NCBI GenBank assembly: GCA_051439425.1
Contig: JBFRWD010000175.1
Coordinates: 1 to 37,785, forward strand
Length of the DNA stretch: 37,785 nt
Reading direction: 5' to 3'
DNA from: Synechococcus sp.
GTDB lineage: Bacteria; Cyanobacteriota; Cyanobacteriia; Thermostichales; PCC-7336
Shown here: one piece after another, positions 26,619-35,586 of the stretch
Layout: each line of letters opens with the position of its first letter
Position numbering within the stretch: the stretch's first letter is position 1
Position numbers and translations under genes: made by a program
The notes under the pieces: model-generated
The model's database searches: none
The model's input: the letters and a program-made list of their open reading frames with translations, nothing else
What the model was told of the DNA's origin: nothing

Positions 26619-28013
26619 ATGGCTCAAACTACCGACCGACCAACCACACAAGTTCCGTCTGCAGTCTCAAACTCCTCCCCACGCTCGCAGCCTAGAAGAA
26701 AACTTTTGCCGTGGGGAATCGCGGCAGCATTAGCTGTCGGCATACTCTCAGCCGGAGTGATTTCGCAACAGCGCCAGAGGAGCGGATTGGATATCGACGC
26801 CCTCACCGTTCCTGTGGAAGAGGAAAGTGTCACCATTCGCATTACCGCTAGCGGCACGGTACAACCCATTGATAGCGTCAATCTGAGTCCAAAAACGGCA
26901 GGCATCCTGGAACAACTGTTGGTAGAGCAGGGAGACCAAGTTGAGGCAGGGCAAGAAATTGCCTTTATGGAAGCCGATAGCGTAACAGCGGATGTGGCTA
27001 GGGCTCGTGCACAGGTGGCTCGCAATCAAGCCCAATTAGCCGCTCTGCTGGCAGGAAATCGGCCAGAGGAAATTGCCCAGGCAGAAGCTCGAGTTTGGCA
27101 GGCAGAGGCACGGTTAGCAGATGCTCAATCGCAGCTGGCCCTGGCAACCGATCGCTTAGAGCGCAATCAAACATTGGCCAATGAAGGGGCAATTTCCCGA
27201 GACGAGCTAGATGGAGCAGTCAATCAGGAAAGCGTTGCTCGAGCCACTGTCGCCCTCCAAGAAGCCAGTTTAAGAGAGGCGACAGACTCGCTAGCCTTGA
27301 TCCGCAGGGGGGCTCGCTCAGAGGATATCGAAGCGGCAGAGGCTCAGCTTGCAGAGGCTCAAGCTCAACTGCAACTGGCCTTAGTTCAGCAGGAAGATGC
27401 CATCGTGCGAGCTCCGTTTGCAGGAACAATCACACAGAAGTTTGCCACAGAAGGTTCGTTTGTCACCCCGACAACATCGGCTTCGGACGCAGTGTCGGCA
27501 ACCTCAACGGCAATTGTCTCTCTAGCGGATGGCCTCGAAATTCTCGCCGAAGTTCCCGAAGTAGATATCGGTCAAATTCAAGTAGGCCAGCGGGTGGAAA
27601 TTTTGGCAGATGCTTACCCAGACGAATTGTTTGAAGGTCGCGTTCAGCTAGTATCGCCCGAAGCTGTTGTCGAGCAAAACGTCACATCATTTCAGGTACG
27701 AGTGGAGTTGCTAACAGGACTGGATCGCTTGCTGTCCGGTATGAACGTCGATGCCACTTTCGTGGGAGACAATCCCGAAAATGGACTGGTCGTCCCCACA
27801 GTCTCGATTGTCACCCTGGATGGCCAAGCAGGAGTATTGGTTCCGGGAGCGCGCGATCGCATTCGCTTCCGTCCCATCACGATTGGTTCCGCTGTCGATA
27901 GCAAGACTCAGGTCTTAGAAGGCTTGGAAGAAGGCAGCCGAGTTTTTGTGGATTTACCCCCCGGCCAAAGTCTAGAGAATCTCAATTTCGGGCGAGATCG
28001 GGCCAACGAATAA
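26619..28013 (+). CDS. Membrane fusion protein (HlyD/MacA/DevB-like periplasmic adaptor)
   Basis: N-terminal TM, lipoyl halves (LSPKTAG...VEQGDQV; VRAPFAGTI), long coiled coil, VPEVDIG beta-barrel. ATG at 26619 preferred as start. Confidence 0.9.
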   Translation: MAQTTDRPTTQVPSAVSNSSPRSQPRRKLLPWGIAAALAVGILSAGVISQQRQRSGLDIDALTVPVEEESVTIRITASGTVQPIDSVNLSPKTAGILEQLLVEQGDQVEAGQEIAFMEADSVTADVARARAQVARNQAQLAALLAGNRPEEIAQAEARVWQAEARLADAQSQLALATDRLERNQTLANEGAISRDELDGAVNQESVARATVALQEASLREATDSLALIRRGARSEDIEAAEAQLAEAQAQLQLALVQQEDAIVRAPFAGTITQKFATEGSFVTPTTSASDAVSATSTAIVSLADGLEILAEVPEVDIGQIQVGQRVEILADAYPDELFEGRVQLVSPEAVVEQNVTSFQVRVELLTGLDRLLSGMNVDATFVGDNPENGLVVPTVSIVTLDGQAGVLVPGARDRIRFRPITIGSAVDSKTQVLEGLEEGSRVFVDLPPGQSLENLNFGRDRANE

Positions 28014-28095
28014 GCGAGCAAGACCGCTGGGCTCCATACGCATCGTTTTTGAATCGATATCCCCATTTACTTCTTAATGTCGCGGCAATCCTCCC

Positions 28096-29313
28096 ATGAA
28101 CTTTGCTGAAAGTCTCTCGATGGCGGTGAAAACACTGACCGCCAATAAGCTACGCAGTACCCTCACCATGTTGGGCATTGTGATCGGAAATGCCTCGGTC
28201 ATCGCTCTGGTTGGGGTTGGTGAAGGAGCGCAAGACTACGTGGAATCTGAAATCGAGGGGTTGGGCCCCAACCTCCTGTTTGTTTTACCAGGCAACCAAG
28301 AATCGCAACGGGCCAGTTTCAATCAGCCCAAAACCTTGGTGTTAGCCGATGCCGAGGCGATCGCCGAACAGGTACCATCCATCACTGCTGTGGCACCAGA
28401 ATTTAACGCCCGAGCCACCATCGCAGCCGGCAATCGCAGCACCAACACCACAGTCGTCGGCACCACCTCTGATTTTCCAGTCGTGCGCAATTTCGATCTC
28501 AGCAGTGGCCGCTTCGTCTCCGACCTCGATCTCCAGCGGAATACTCCTGTCACGGTCTTAGGGGCCGATCTGGCCGAGCGTTTGTTCACCAATCGAGATC
28601 CCATTGGCGAGCGCATTCGCGTCGACAATGTGAGCTTTCAAGTCATTGGCGTCATGGTTAGCAAAGGCTCAGATGTTGGCTTGAATTATGACGATGTTGC
28701 CCTCGTGCCCATCACCACATTGGCCAGTCGGATTTCCGGAGAAACCTCACCGTTTGGGACGGAACTCACCTATATCGCGGCCTCTGTTGAAGACGAAGCG
28801 AGTATGAACGCAGCAGAATTCCAGATCGCCAATTTGCTCAGATTGCGCCACAAGATCGTTGATGAGGATGATTTTGTGATTCGCAGCCAGCAGACCCTCC
28901 TGGAGTTCACGGGTACTGTGACGCAAGCGCTAACGCTCTTACTAGCTGCGATCGCCGGTATCTCTCTGCTTGTAGGCGGTATCGGCATCATGAATATCAT
29001 GCTGGTATCGGTAAAAGAACGCACTCAAGAAATTGGCTTGCGCAAAGCCATTGGTGCCTCTCAACAGGACATCCTGATGCAATTCACGATCGAGGCCGTC
29101 ATTCTAGCCGCCGCTGGCGGTGTCATTGGCATTGCGATCGGCTCAGTTGGCATTGTTGCAATTGGTGCGATTGCTCCATTTACACCTGGAATCTCAGCTG
29201 GAGCTGTGGTGGGTGCAGTAGGTGTATCCAGCGGTATCGGCCTCATTTTCGGAGTGATTCCCGCACGTCAAGCCGCCAAACTCGATCCAATTGTTGCGTT
29301 GCGGACAGCGTAG
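28096..29313 (+). CDS. ABC transporter permease, MacB/FtsX family
   Basis: Motifs LRSTLTMLGIVIG, GGIGIMNIMLVSVKERTQEIGLRKAIGA and PARQAAKLDPIVALR. Confidence 0.93.
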   Translation: MNFAESLSMAVKTLTANKLRSTLTMLGIVIGNASVIALVGVGEGAQDYVESEIEGLGPNLLFVLPGNQESQRASFNQPKTLVLADAEAIAEQVPSITAVAPEFNARATIAAGNRSTNTTVVGTTSDFPVVRNFDLSSGRFVSDLDLQRNTPVTVLGADLAERLFTNRDPIGERIRVDNVSFQVIGVMVSKGSDVGLNYDDVALVPITTLASRISGETSPFGTELTYIAASVEDEASMNAAEFQIANLLRLRHKIVDEDDFVIRSQQTLLEFTGTVTQALTLLLAAIAGISLLVGGIGIMNIMLVSVKERTQEIGLRKAIGASQQDILMQFTIEAVILAAAGGVIGIAIGSVGIVAIGAIAPFTPGISAGAVVGAVGVSSGIGLIFGVIPARQAAKLDPIVALRTA

Positions 29314-29466
29314 ATCTTCAACTGTAGTGATGAACTCGCTAGGAGACATCTCACTACTAAAAATAGTGCCGGTCATGGCGAGGCTGAGCCTGACCAGCAA
29401 TGCCCTCTCCAAAAACTACCGACAAGGCACTCTAATTCACGTCACTCAGCCCCCATCGAGGTCAAG

Positions 29467-30207
29467 ATGTCTCACCCTCTAATTCAGCTCACTGATGTCT
29501 CAAAAGTATACGGATCTGGCAATACAGAGGTCCGTGCCTTATCTCACATCGATCTGGAGATCCAAGTGGGGGACTATTGCGCCATCATGGGTGCTTCCGG
29601 TTCCGGCAAATCTACCGCAATGAACGTGATTGGCTGTTTAGATAGCCCAACCTCCGGTCAGTATTTTTTGGACGGTACCGATGTTGCCCAATTGAGTGAC
29701 GATGAACTCGCGCATATCCGCAATCGAAAAATCGGCTTTGTCTTCCAACAGTTTCATTTACTGCCACAGCTTACAGCCCTAGAAAACGTTGCACTCCCCA
29801 TGGTTTACGCGGGTGTACCCGCCCCGGAGCGCGAACAAAGGGCAACAGAAGCACTGACCAAAGTAGGGCTCGCCGATCGCATGCGGAACAAACCGACCCA
29901 ACTGTCAGGCGGTCAACAACAGCGAGTGGCAATTGCCAGAGCAATTGTGAACCAGCCCTTATTGCTACTCGCGGATGAACCCACAGGAGCACTAGATAGT
30001 CAGACAACACTCGAAGTCATGGGAATTTTTGAAGAACTGAATCGCGATGGCATTACTGTCGTGATGGTTACTCACGAAGCAGACGTTGCCAGGATGACAC
30101 GTCGAGCAATCTGGTTCAAAGACGGACAAATTGTCAACGCTCATCTCGATCCGCACGAGCTGGCGAGCATAACAGTCGCAACATCTGTAGGTTACGAGGG
30201 CAGTTAG
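29467..30207 (+). CDS. ABC transporter ATP-binding protein (LolD/MacB-like)
   Basis: Walker A GASGSGKS, signature LSGGQQQR, ADEPTGALD, VTH switch. Confidence 0.95.
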   Translation: MSHPLIQLTDVSKVYGSGNTEVRALSHIDLEIQVGDYCAIMGASGSGKSTAMNVIGCLDSPTSGQYFLDGTDVAQLSDDELAHIRNRKIGFVFQQFHLLPQLTALENVALPMVYAGVPAPEREQRATEALTKVGLADRMRNKPTQLSGGQQQRVAIARAIVNQPLLLLADEPTGALDSQTTLEVMGIFEELNRDGITVVMVTHEADVARMTRRAIWFKDGQIVNAHLDPHELASITVATSVGYEGS

Positions 30208-30305
30208 TCGATCCTTTTTGGCTGGTTTGCCAGACGTACCAACCCAATACTCGGTCAGCAACCACCATGAAAGACTTGCAAGCCATTCGATAAGAACTAG
30301 AAACG

Positions 30306-30854
30306 TTATTTAAATGAATTTGATTTAGGTTGTCCTCCATTTAAGCGAACATTCTTCGCATGACCATTATCATTGCCGTTTAAGCCGGATTTACCATTAC
30401 CGTTTAAGCCAGATTTACGATCCAACACTCGCGCAGAGACAGGTGTTGAGAGAACTAATGATGTTGATGTATGGCCAAATGAACTCAGGCTACCGATAAT
30501 TTTTGCCAAATGATCTTTAGAACCCACTGCAGCTTTCATGATGAAGGAATCGACCCCTGCAACTTGGTGGCATTCCAGTATTTCTGGCATGTGCTCCACT
30601 TGGGTTAGGAACTTTGGGTAATGGCTATCATCTGTTTGGAGTTGAATAAAGACAATGAAGGGCAGGCCGATATGTTCGGCGCTCACTTCAGCTCTATACC
30701 CCTTAATAATTCCTGCTTCTTCCATCCGACGCACCCGATCGGCGACAGCAGGCAAAGATAAACCCACCCGCCGACCCAATTCAGCAAACGGAAGCCGCGC
30801 ATTCAGCTGTAAATCGCTTAATAGCTGCCAACCTATGTCGTCAATTAATGTCAT
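30306..30854 (-). CDS. Lrp/AsnC family transcriptional regulator
   Basis: HTH NARLPFAELGRRVGLSLPAVADRVRRMEEAGIIKGY; RAM domain ECHQVAGVDSFIMK; low-complexity C-terminal tail. Confidence 0.92.
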   Translation of the reverse strand: MTLIDDIGWQLLSDLQLNARLPFAELGRRVGLSLPAVADRVRRMEEAGIIKGYRAEVSAEHIGLPFIVFIQLQTDDSHYPKFLTQVEHMPEILECHQVAGVDSFIMKAAVGSKDHLAKIIGSLSSFGHTSTSLVLSTPVSARVLDRKSGLNGNGKSGLNGNDNGHAKNVRLNGGQPKSNSFK

Positions 30855-31283
30855 TGCTTTTCCTCACTCACGAAATACATTGGTCCTCAGCAATAATTCG
30901 AATCAAACGCTCAGCCAGGAATGAGAGCTGCCTAAGCAGTGCCTAAGGAACACGAGCATGTCCTCAAGCTATGACTATGTTTGCCTGCACGAAAACCTGC
31001 AGACACCATCACGAGAAGTTGTAGAAGCAATTAACTGTTCAACACCACCACTCACTACCTGAGCAAGTAATGATGTGTCAAAGAAACCGAGCACCTGCTC
31101 TATACCTTACGCACGTTTGTGCAGATTAAGGATGTTATTTGTAACCAATCGAGTACATTCCTGTACCGAATCAAGTATCTCAAGAGATTTTGACTATAAA
31201 AGCTTAGCTTCTTAAGTGCAAAAGAGGATTCGCCATATTTTCAATCCCGACCTCTTAACGATTGGTTACACCAAGCAATCAAC

Positions 31284-32309
31284 TTAGGCATAAATACGGA
31301 TACGAGGATCGACATATTGCAACGCTAAATCCGCGAAGAAGTTGCCCACGATCAGCATCAGCGAGCCTAGCAAGAGTCCGGCCATCACCACGTTAATGTC
31401 AAAGCCACGGACGGAATCAAGCAATAATCGGCCTAGTCCTGGCCAGTTGAAAAAGAACTCGGCAATAAACGAACCACTCAATAAGGTAGAAAATTCAAAC
31501 CCGAGAATAGTAATCAGAGGATTTACCGCATTGCGTAATGCATGGACAATGATAATTCGTGACTCAGATAAGCCTTTAGCACGGGCACTTTGAATATAGT
31601 CCTGGCGCAAGATATCGAGAAACGAGCCACGGGTAATGCGCTGTAGCCCCGCAAACCCAGTGATGCTCAATGTCAATGTCGGCAGTATCAAGTGGCGAAC
31701 AATATCGCGAGTTTTCCCCCACCATGTGAGCTGGTCAAAATCAATACTAGTCATCCCACCCACGGGCAAACCACTGGCATTCTGAGCCACAAACAAGAGC
31801 AAGATAGCCAGCACAAAACTGGGCATGGCCTGACCGGTATAGCTGATTAACTGGAGCACGCGATCGAGCCACGTATTTTGCTTGAGGGCACTCAAAATTC
31901 CTAGCGGAACCGCAATAGCCCACGTTGCGAGTAGTGACGAAATGGCCAGCAATAGTGTCGCGCCAGCTCGCTGAAAAATGAGTTGCGATACGGGTAGTTG
32001 GAACGCATAGCTTACGCCTAAATCTCCCCGCAATAAGTTCCCTAACCACAAGAGATATTGCATGTATATGGGGCGATCGAGACCTAACCTGGCCCGTTCG
32101 GCGGCAATCAGTTCCTCACTCAATTCTGTTGCCAAGCTACTTTGGCTGAGGAAATCACCCGGGGCCAATTGCATCAGTAAAAAGCTCAGAAGCGAAATTG
32201 CCAGCATCGTGAGTGCGGCTTGCGCCAGTTTGCGTCCCACCAAACCCAAGACCAACCCCCATCGAGCAAAGGGCCTGCGGCTGATGGATGGAGATTGCAG
32301 TTGAGTCAT
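31284..32309 (-). CDS. Peptide/nickel ABC transporter permease (DppB/OppB-like)
   Basis: Motifs LAPGD, GLDRP..QY..WL..LLRGDLG.S, EAA loop DYIQSARAKGLS, HALRNA and FFNWPGLG. Confidence 0.92.
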   Translation of the reverse strand: MTQLQSPSISRRPFARWGLVLGLVGRKLAQAALTMLAISLLSFLLMQLAPGDFLSQSSLATELSEELIAAERARLGLDRPIYMQYLLWLGNLLRGDLGVSYAFQLPVSQLIFQRAGATLLLAISSLLATWAIAVPLGILSALKQNTWLDRVLQLISYTGQAMPSFVLAILLLFVAQNASGLPVGGMTSIDFDQLTWWGKTRDIVRHLILPTLTLSITGFAGLQRITRGSFLDILRQDYIQSARAKGLSESRIIIVHALRNAVNPLITILGFEFSTLLSGSFIAEFFFNWPGLGRLLLDSVRGFDINVVMAGLLLGSLMLIVGNFFADLALQYVDPRIRIYA

Positions 32310-32538
32310 GCAACTGATACCTGCGGCTAGAAACGAGTGCACTACCAGACAAGAACGGTGGAGGCATTGCCACTAGGGTATCCTCAGACCTCAACGATAT
32401 GTTCCCGTCGATTGCTAGCGGTCCTGTACAGCAGAGAGATAGCTCGTAGGCACCCGGATTTGCATCAAGAATTACCATCCTGAATCCGTATCATTTTTAA
32501 CAATAAAGCAACAATGAGCCATTCCACCACAGTCAACG

Positions 32539-33549
32539 TTGACTCCTATTGAAATGTCCGAAGCAGTGTGGCCACCGCATACAATAAACCTCAGCGAACT
32601 GACGAGTTGTAAATCGTTGCGAAACATCTTCATTACTGGTGCCAGTGGTTGTATTGGTCATTACGTCGTTGAGGCGTTGTTATCCGAGCCGGATTTACAC
32701 CTCTATTTATTGATTCGCACTCCCGGAAAATTGCTGCTGCATTGGACCGACATTCAGGGAGGTCGCATAACGCTGGTCGAGGGAGATTTGCTGACCATCG
32801 AGACACACGAGCAGCTCCTCAAACAAATGGATATCGTGGTTCATTTGGCTGCTGCTTGGGGAGGAGATGATGTTGCTCGAGCTGTTAATGTCACGAAAAC
32901 ACTGGAGTTGTTCAACTTAGTCGATCGCGATCGCTGCCAGAAACTCTTGTATTTCTCCACTGCGAGCCTGCTCGACCGTGATAACCGACCAGTTCCAGTG
33001 GCTAGCAAAGCGGGTACTTCTTACATACGTACCAAGTACGAAATGTTGATGAGGCGGGGGGAAATCCAACTACGCGATCGCTTAATTACAATGTTCCCAA
33101 CCCTGGTATTTGGTGGAGATGACTATCATCCCTACTCCCACATATCGGCTGGGTTGAAAGATATCACCCGCTGGATTTCTGTAATTCGATTTTTTAAAGC
33201 AGAGGGAAGCTTTCATTTTATTCATGCTTTCGACATTGCTCAAATCACTCATCACATACTCATGTCATTAGTGCAAACCGGAGATTGGGTATTGGGAAAT
33301 CCAGCCATTCATATCAATGATTGCATTAGTCAAATTAGTCAGTACTACGATAAGCCTGTTTACTTCCGTATTCCTTTACCCGTGAAGTTCGCTCGCAGAG
33401 TTGCTCCTTATTTTGGAGCAAGATTATCAGAATGGGATGATTACTGTATCGAACATCGGCATTTCACACATAAAGTCGTTAGTCCAACAACGTTTCAGGT
33501 CAAGACTCTCTATCCAGATATCCGATCAATCCTCATGAAATACGGCTAA
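32539..33549 (+). CDS. NAD(P)-dependent epimerase/dehydratase (extended SDR); true start possibly near 32617
   Basis: Motifs IFITGASGCIG, HLAAAWGG, YFSTAS, YIRTK and FHFIHAFDIA. Confidence 0.85.
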   Translation: MTPIEMSEAVWPPHTINLSELTSCKSLRNIFITGASGCIGHYVVEALLSEPDLHLYLLIRTPGKLLLHWTDIQGGRITLVEGDLLTIETHEQLLKQMDIVVHLAAAWGGDDVARAVNVTKTLELFNLVDRDRCQKLLYFSTASLLDRDNRPVPVASKAGTSYIRTKYEMLMRRGEIQLRDRLITMFPTLVFGGDDYHPYSHISAGLKDITRWISVIRFFKAEGSFHFIHAFDIAQITHHILMSLVQTGDWVLGNPAIHINDCISQISQYYDKPVYFRIPLPVKFARRVAPYFGARLSEWDDYCIEHRHFTHKVVSPTTFQVKTLYPDIRSILMKYG

Positions 33550-33574
33550 TTTGTATAATTTTTGGAGCTTTACT

Positions 33575-34144
33575 ATGACTGTAGACGACTTTAAGCCAAC
33601 ACCATCAAAACCATCTCAAGTCCTGAAGGAAATTCTCAGTCATACAGGTGCCAAATTTACCTACCTCTCGCAACGATTGCAGTTTCCCAACCAAACGGAG
33701 GCCGATCGCGACTACATCGTTCACCCCGGCGGCGCAGTTGCGGTTCCCGTCACTGCTGAGGGAAAGTTTATGGTCATTCGTCAGTATCGATTTGCCGTAG
33801 GCGATTACATTTATGAATTTCCAGCAGGAACGTTGGAGCCCGATGAACCGGCCAATATTACCGTGCGCCGAGAGTTGGAGGAAGAAACAGGGTATTCAGC
33901 CAGTCGCTGGGATAGTTTGGGGCAGTTTTTCTTAGCTCCAGGATACTCAGATGAAACAATTTTTGCCTACCTTGCCCGCAATTTAAAAAAGCTGCCTGTA
34001 AAGCCCGATGGCGATGAGGATGAAGATATTGAAGTGGTGGAATTGTCGGTTCAAGAATTGCAGGACATGGCCCTGAATTCCAAGGATTTGGATGCCAAAT
34101 CAATCGCTTGTTTCTATCGGGCACTACAGGTTCTCAATAGTTAA
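33575..34144 (+). CDS. Nudix hydrolase (ADP-ribose pyrophosphatase NudF-like)
   Basis: Motifs HPGGA, RQYRF, EFPAGTLE...RRELEEETG (Nudix box), APGYSDE, DEDEDIEV and DAKS. Confidence 0.88.
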   Translation: MTVDDFKPTPSKPSQVLKEILSHTGAKFTYLSQRLQFPNQTEADRDYIVHPGGAVAVPVTAEGKFMVIRQYRFAVGDYIYEFPAGTLEPDEPANITVRRELEEETGYSASRWDSLGQFFLAPGYSDETIFAYLARNLKKLPVKPDGDEDEDIEVVELSVQELQDMALNSKDLDAKSIACFYRALQVLNS

Positions 34145-34271
34145 GGCGAGCTTGTTTTAGAGCTCGGAAGTCATCAAAGCAGTGTGATTTTGAACATGAC
34201 GCACCTATTAAGCGACTGATAGCGTTTCACTAGCTTCCGGAGAGGAGGCGATCTTATCCAGGGAGTCTGGA

Positions 34272-35294
34272 ATGAATTTAGAATACGATTACTGCGTCTA
34301 TATTGGGCGCTTTCAGCCGTTTCATCTCGGTCACCTCGAAACTGTGCAGGTGGCTCTCGAGCAAGCAAGAACGGTGATTATTATTTTAGGTAGCCATCAA
34401 GTTGCCCCGAATATCAAAAACCCGTGGAGCGCAGCAGTTCGGGAACAAACTATTTTGTCGTGCATCGAGCCTGGACACCGCCAGCGGGTGCAATTTGTAC
34501 GGGTACGCGATCGTCTCTATAGCGACAATCTGTGGCTGACAGATGTACAGCAGAAAGTCATTGGCATCGCGGAGGAAGATGCTCGCATCGCCATCATCGG
34601 CTATCGCAAAGACAGCAGCTCCTACTATCTCGACTTGTTTCCCCAGTGGACGTATATCCCCACTGACAACTTCAAAGGCATCAACTCTACTGATATCCGT
34701 AACTCCTACTTTAGTCAGAGCTCCGAGTCAGAGTTTGTCTCTCTGTTACCCCAAGGAACGCAGCAGTTTCTACAGGGTTTTCGCAGTCAGCCCCTCTATC
34801 AACGATTGACTGAGGAATATCAGTTCATTCAGTCCTATAAAAACGCCTGGTCACAAGCTCCCTACCCACCTACATTTGTCACGGTCGATGCTGTTGTAGT
34901 GCAATCTGGTCACGTGTTGGTAGTACGGCGTAAGGCCAAACCGGGGAAAGGGCTGATTGCTTTGCCTGGAGGTTTTTTGCAGCAAGACGAGACCATCCTC
35001 GATGGCATGCTGCGGGAGCTGCGGGAGGAGACAGGCCTGAAAGTACCTCGACCGGTATTGCAAGGCTCGATTGTTGGCGAACACGTGTTTGATAATCCCG
35101 AGAGATCGCTACGGGGCCGCACCATTACCCATGCCTATTTCATTCAGTTGAAAGCGGGAAAATTACCTCCGGTTAAAGGCAGCGACGATGCCGATAAGGC
35201 CTGGTGGATGTCCCTATCCGATTTGTACGGACACGAAGACACGTTTTTCGAAGATCATTTCCAAATCGTCCAGCATTTTGTCAGTCGGATTTAG
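34272..35294 (+). CDS. nadM: Bifunctional NMN adenylyltransferase / ADP-ribose pyrophosphatase (NadM-Nudix)
   Basis: GRFQPFHLGH (HxGH), GS, NPW, KDSSSYYL..FPQW and NSTDIR; then VTVDAVV, ALPGGF...RELREETG, RSLRGRTITH and DDA. Confidence 0.92.
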   Translation: MNLEYDYCVYIGRFQPFHLGHLETVQVALEQARTVIIILGSHQVAPNIKNPWSAAVREQTILSCIEPGHRQRVQFVRVRDRLYSDNLWLTDVQQKVIGIAEEDARIAIIGYRKDSSSYYLDLFPQWTYIPTDNFKGINSTDIRNSYFSQSSESEFVSLLPQGTQQFLQGFRSQPLYQRLTEEYQFIQSYKNAWSQAPYPPTFVTVDAVVVQSGHVLVVRRKAKPGKGLIALPGGFLQQDETILDGMLRELREETGLKVPRPVLQGSIVGEHVFDNPERSLRGRTITHAYFIQLKAGKLPPVKGSDDADKAWWMSLSDLYGHEDTFFEDHFQIVQHFVSRI

Positions 35295-35586
35295 TGATGT
35301 GTTGGCATCAGGCTCCCGTTGCAGGCAGTCTTCAAGAGCATAGATAGTGCAGTGAGCTTGGGCCTTGTAGCGAGACTGACATCCAATTACGCGCATCTCA
35401 GTTAGGACAAACACAACCTTGTTCCACAGGAACTTTAGGTCGTCGAGATGTGCAGAGTGACGCCTTCGTCACTTGATGATTTCGGTGGGTTCGCTTGAAT
35501 CGTAATGGATTCAGGCGATCGCGTCGGAAATGGCTTGGATAGACCGAGCCAGATCTTAATGTTGCGGAGTGCAACAAGGATTTTCA

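Noticed and set aside
34178..34200. NrtR or CRP operator upstream of nadM (TGTGATTTTGAACA)
   Set aside because: The spacing is GT-N8-AC rather than the GT-N7-AC core I recall for NrtR, and the second half does not fit TCACA; too weak to call.
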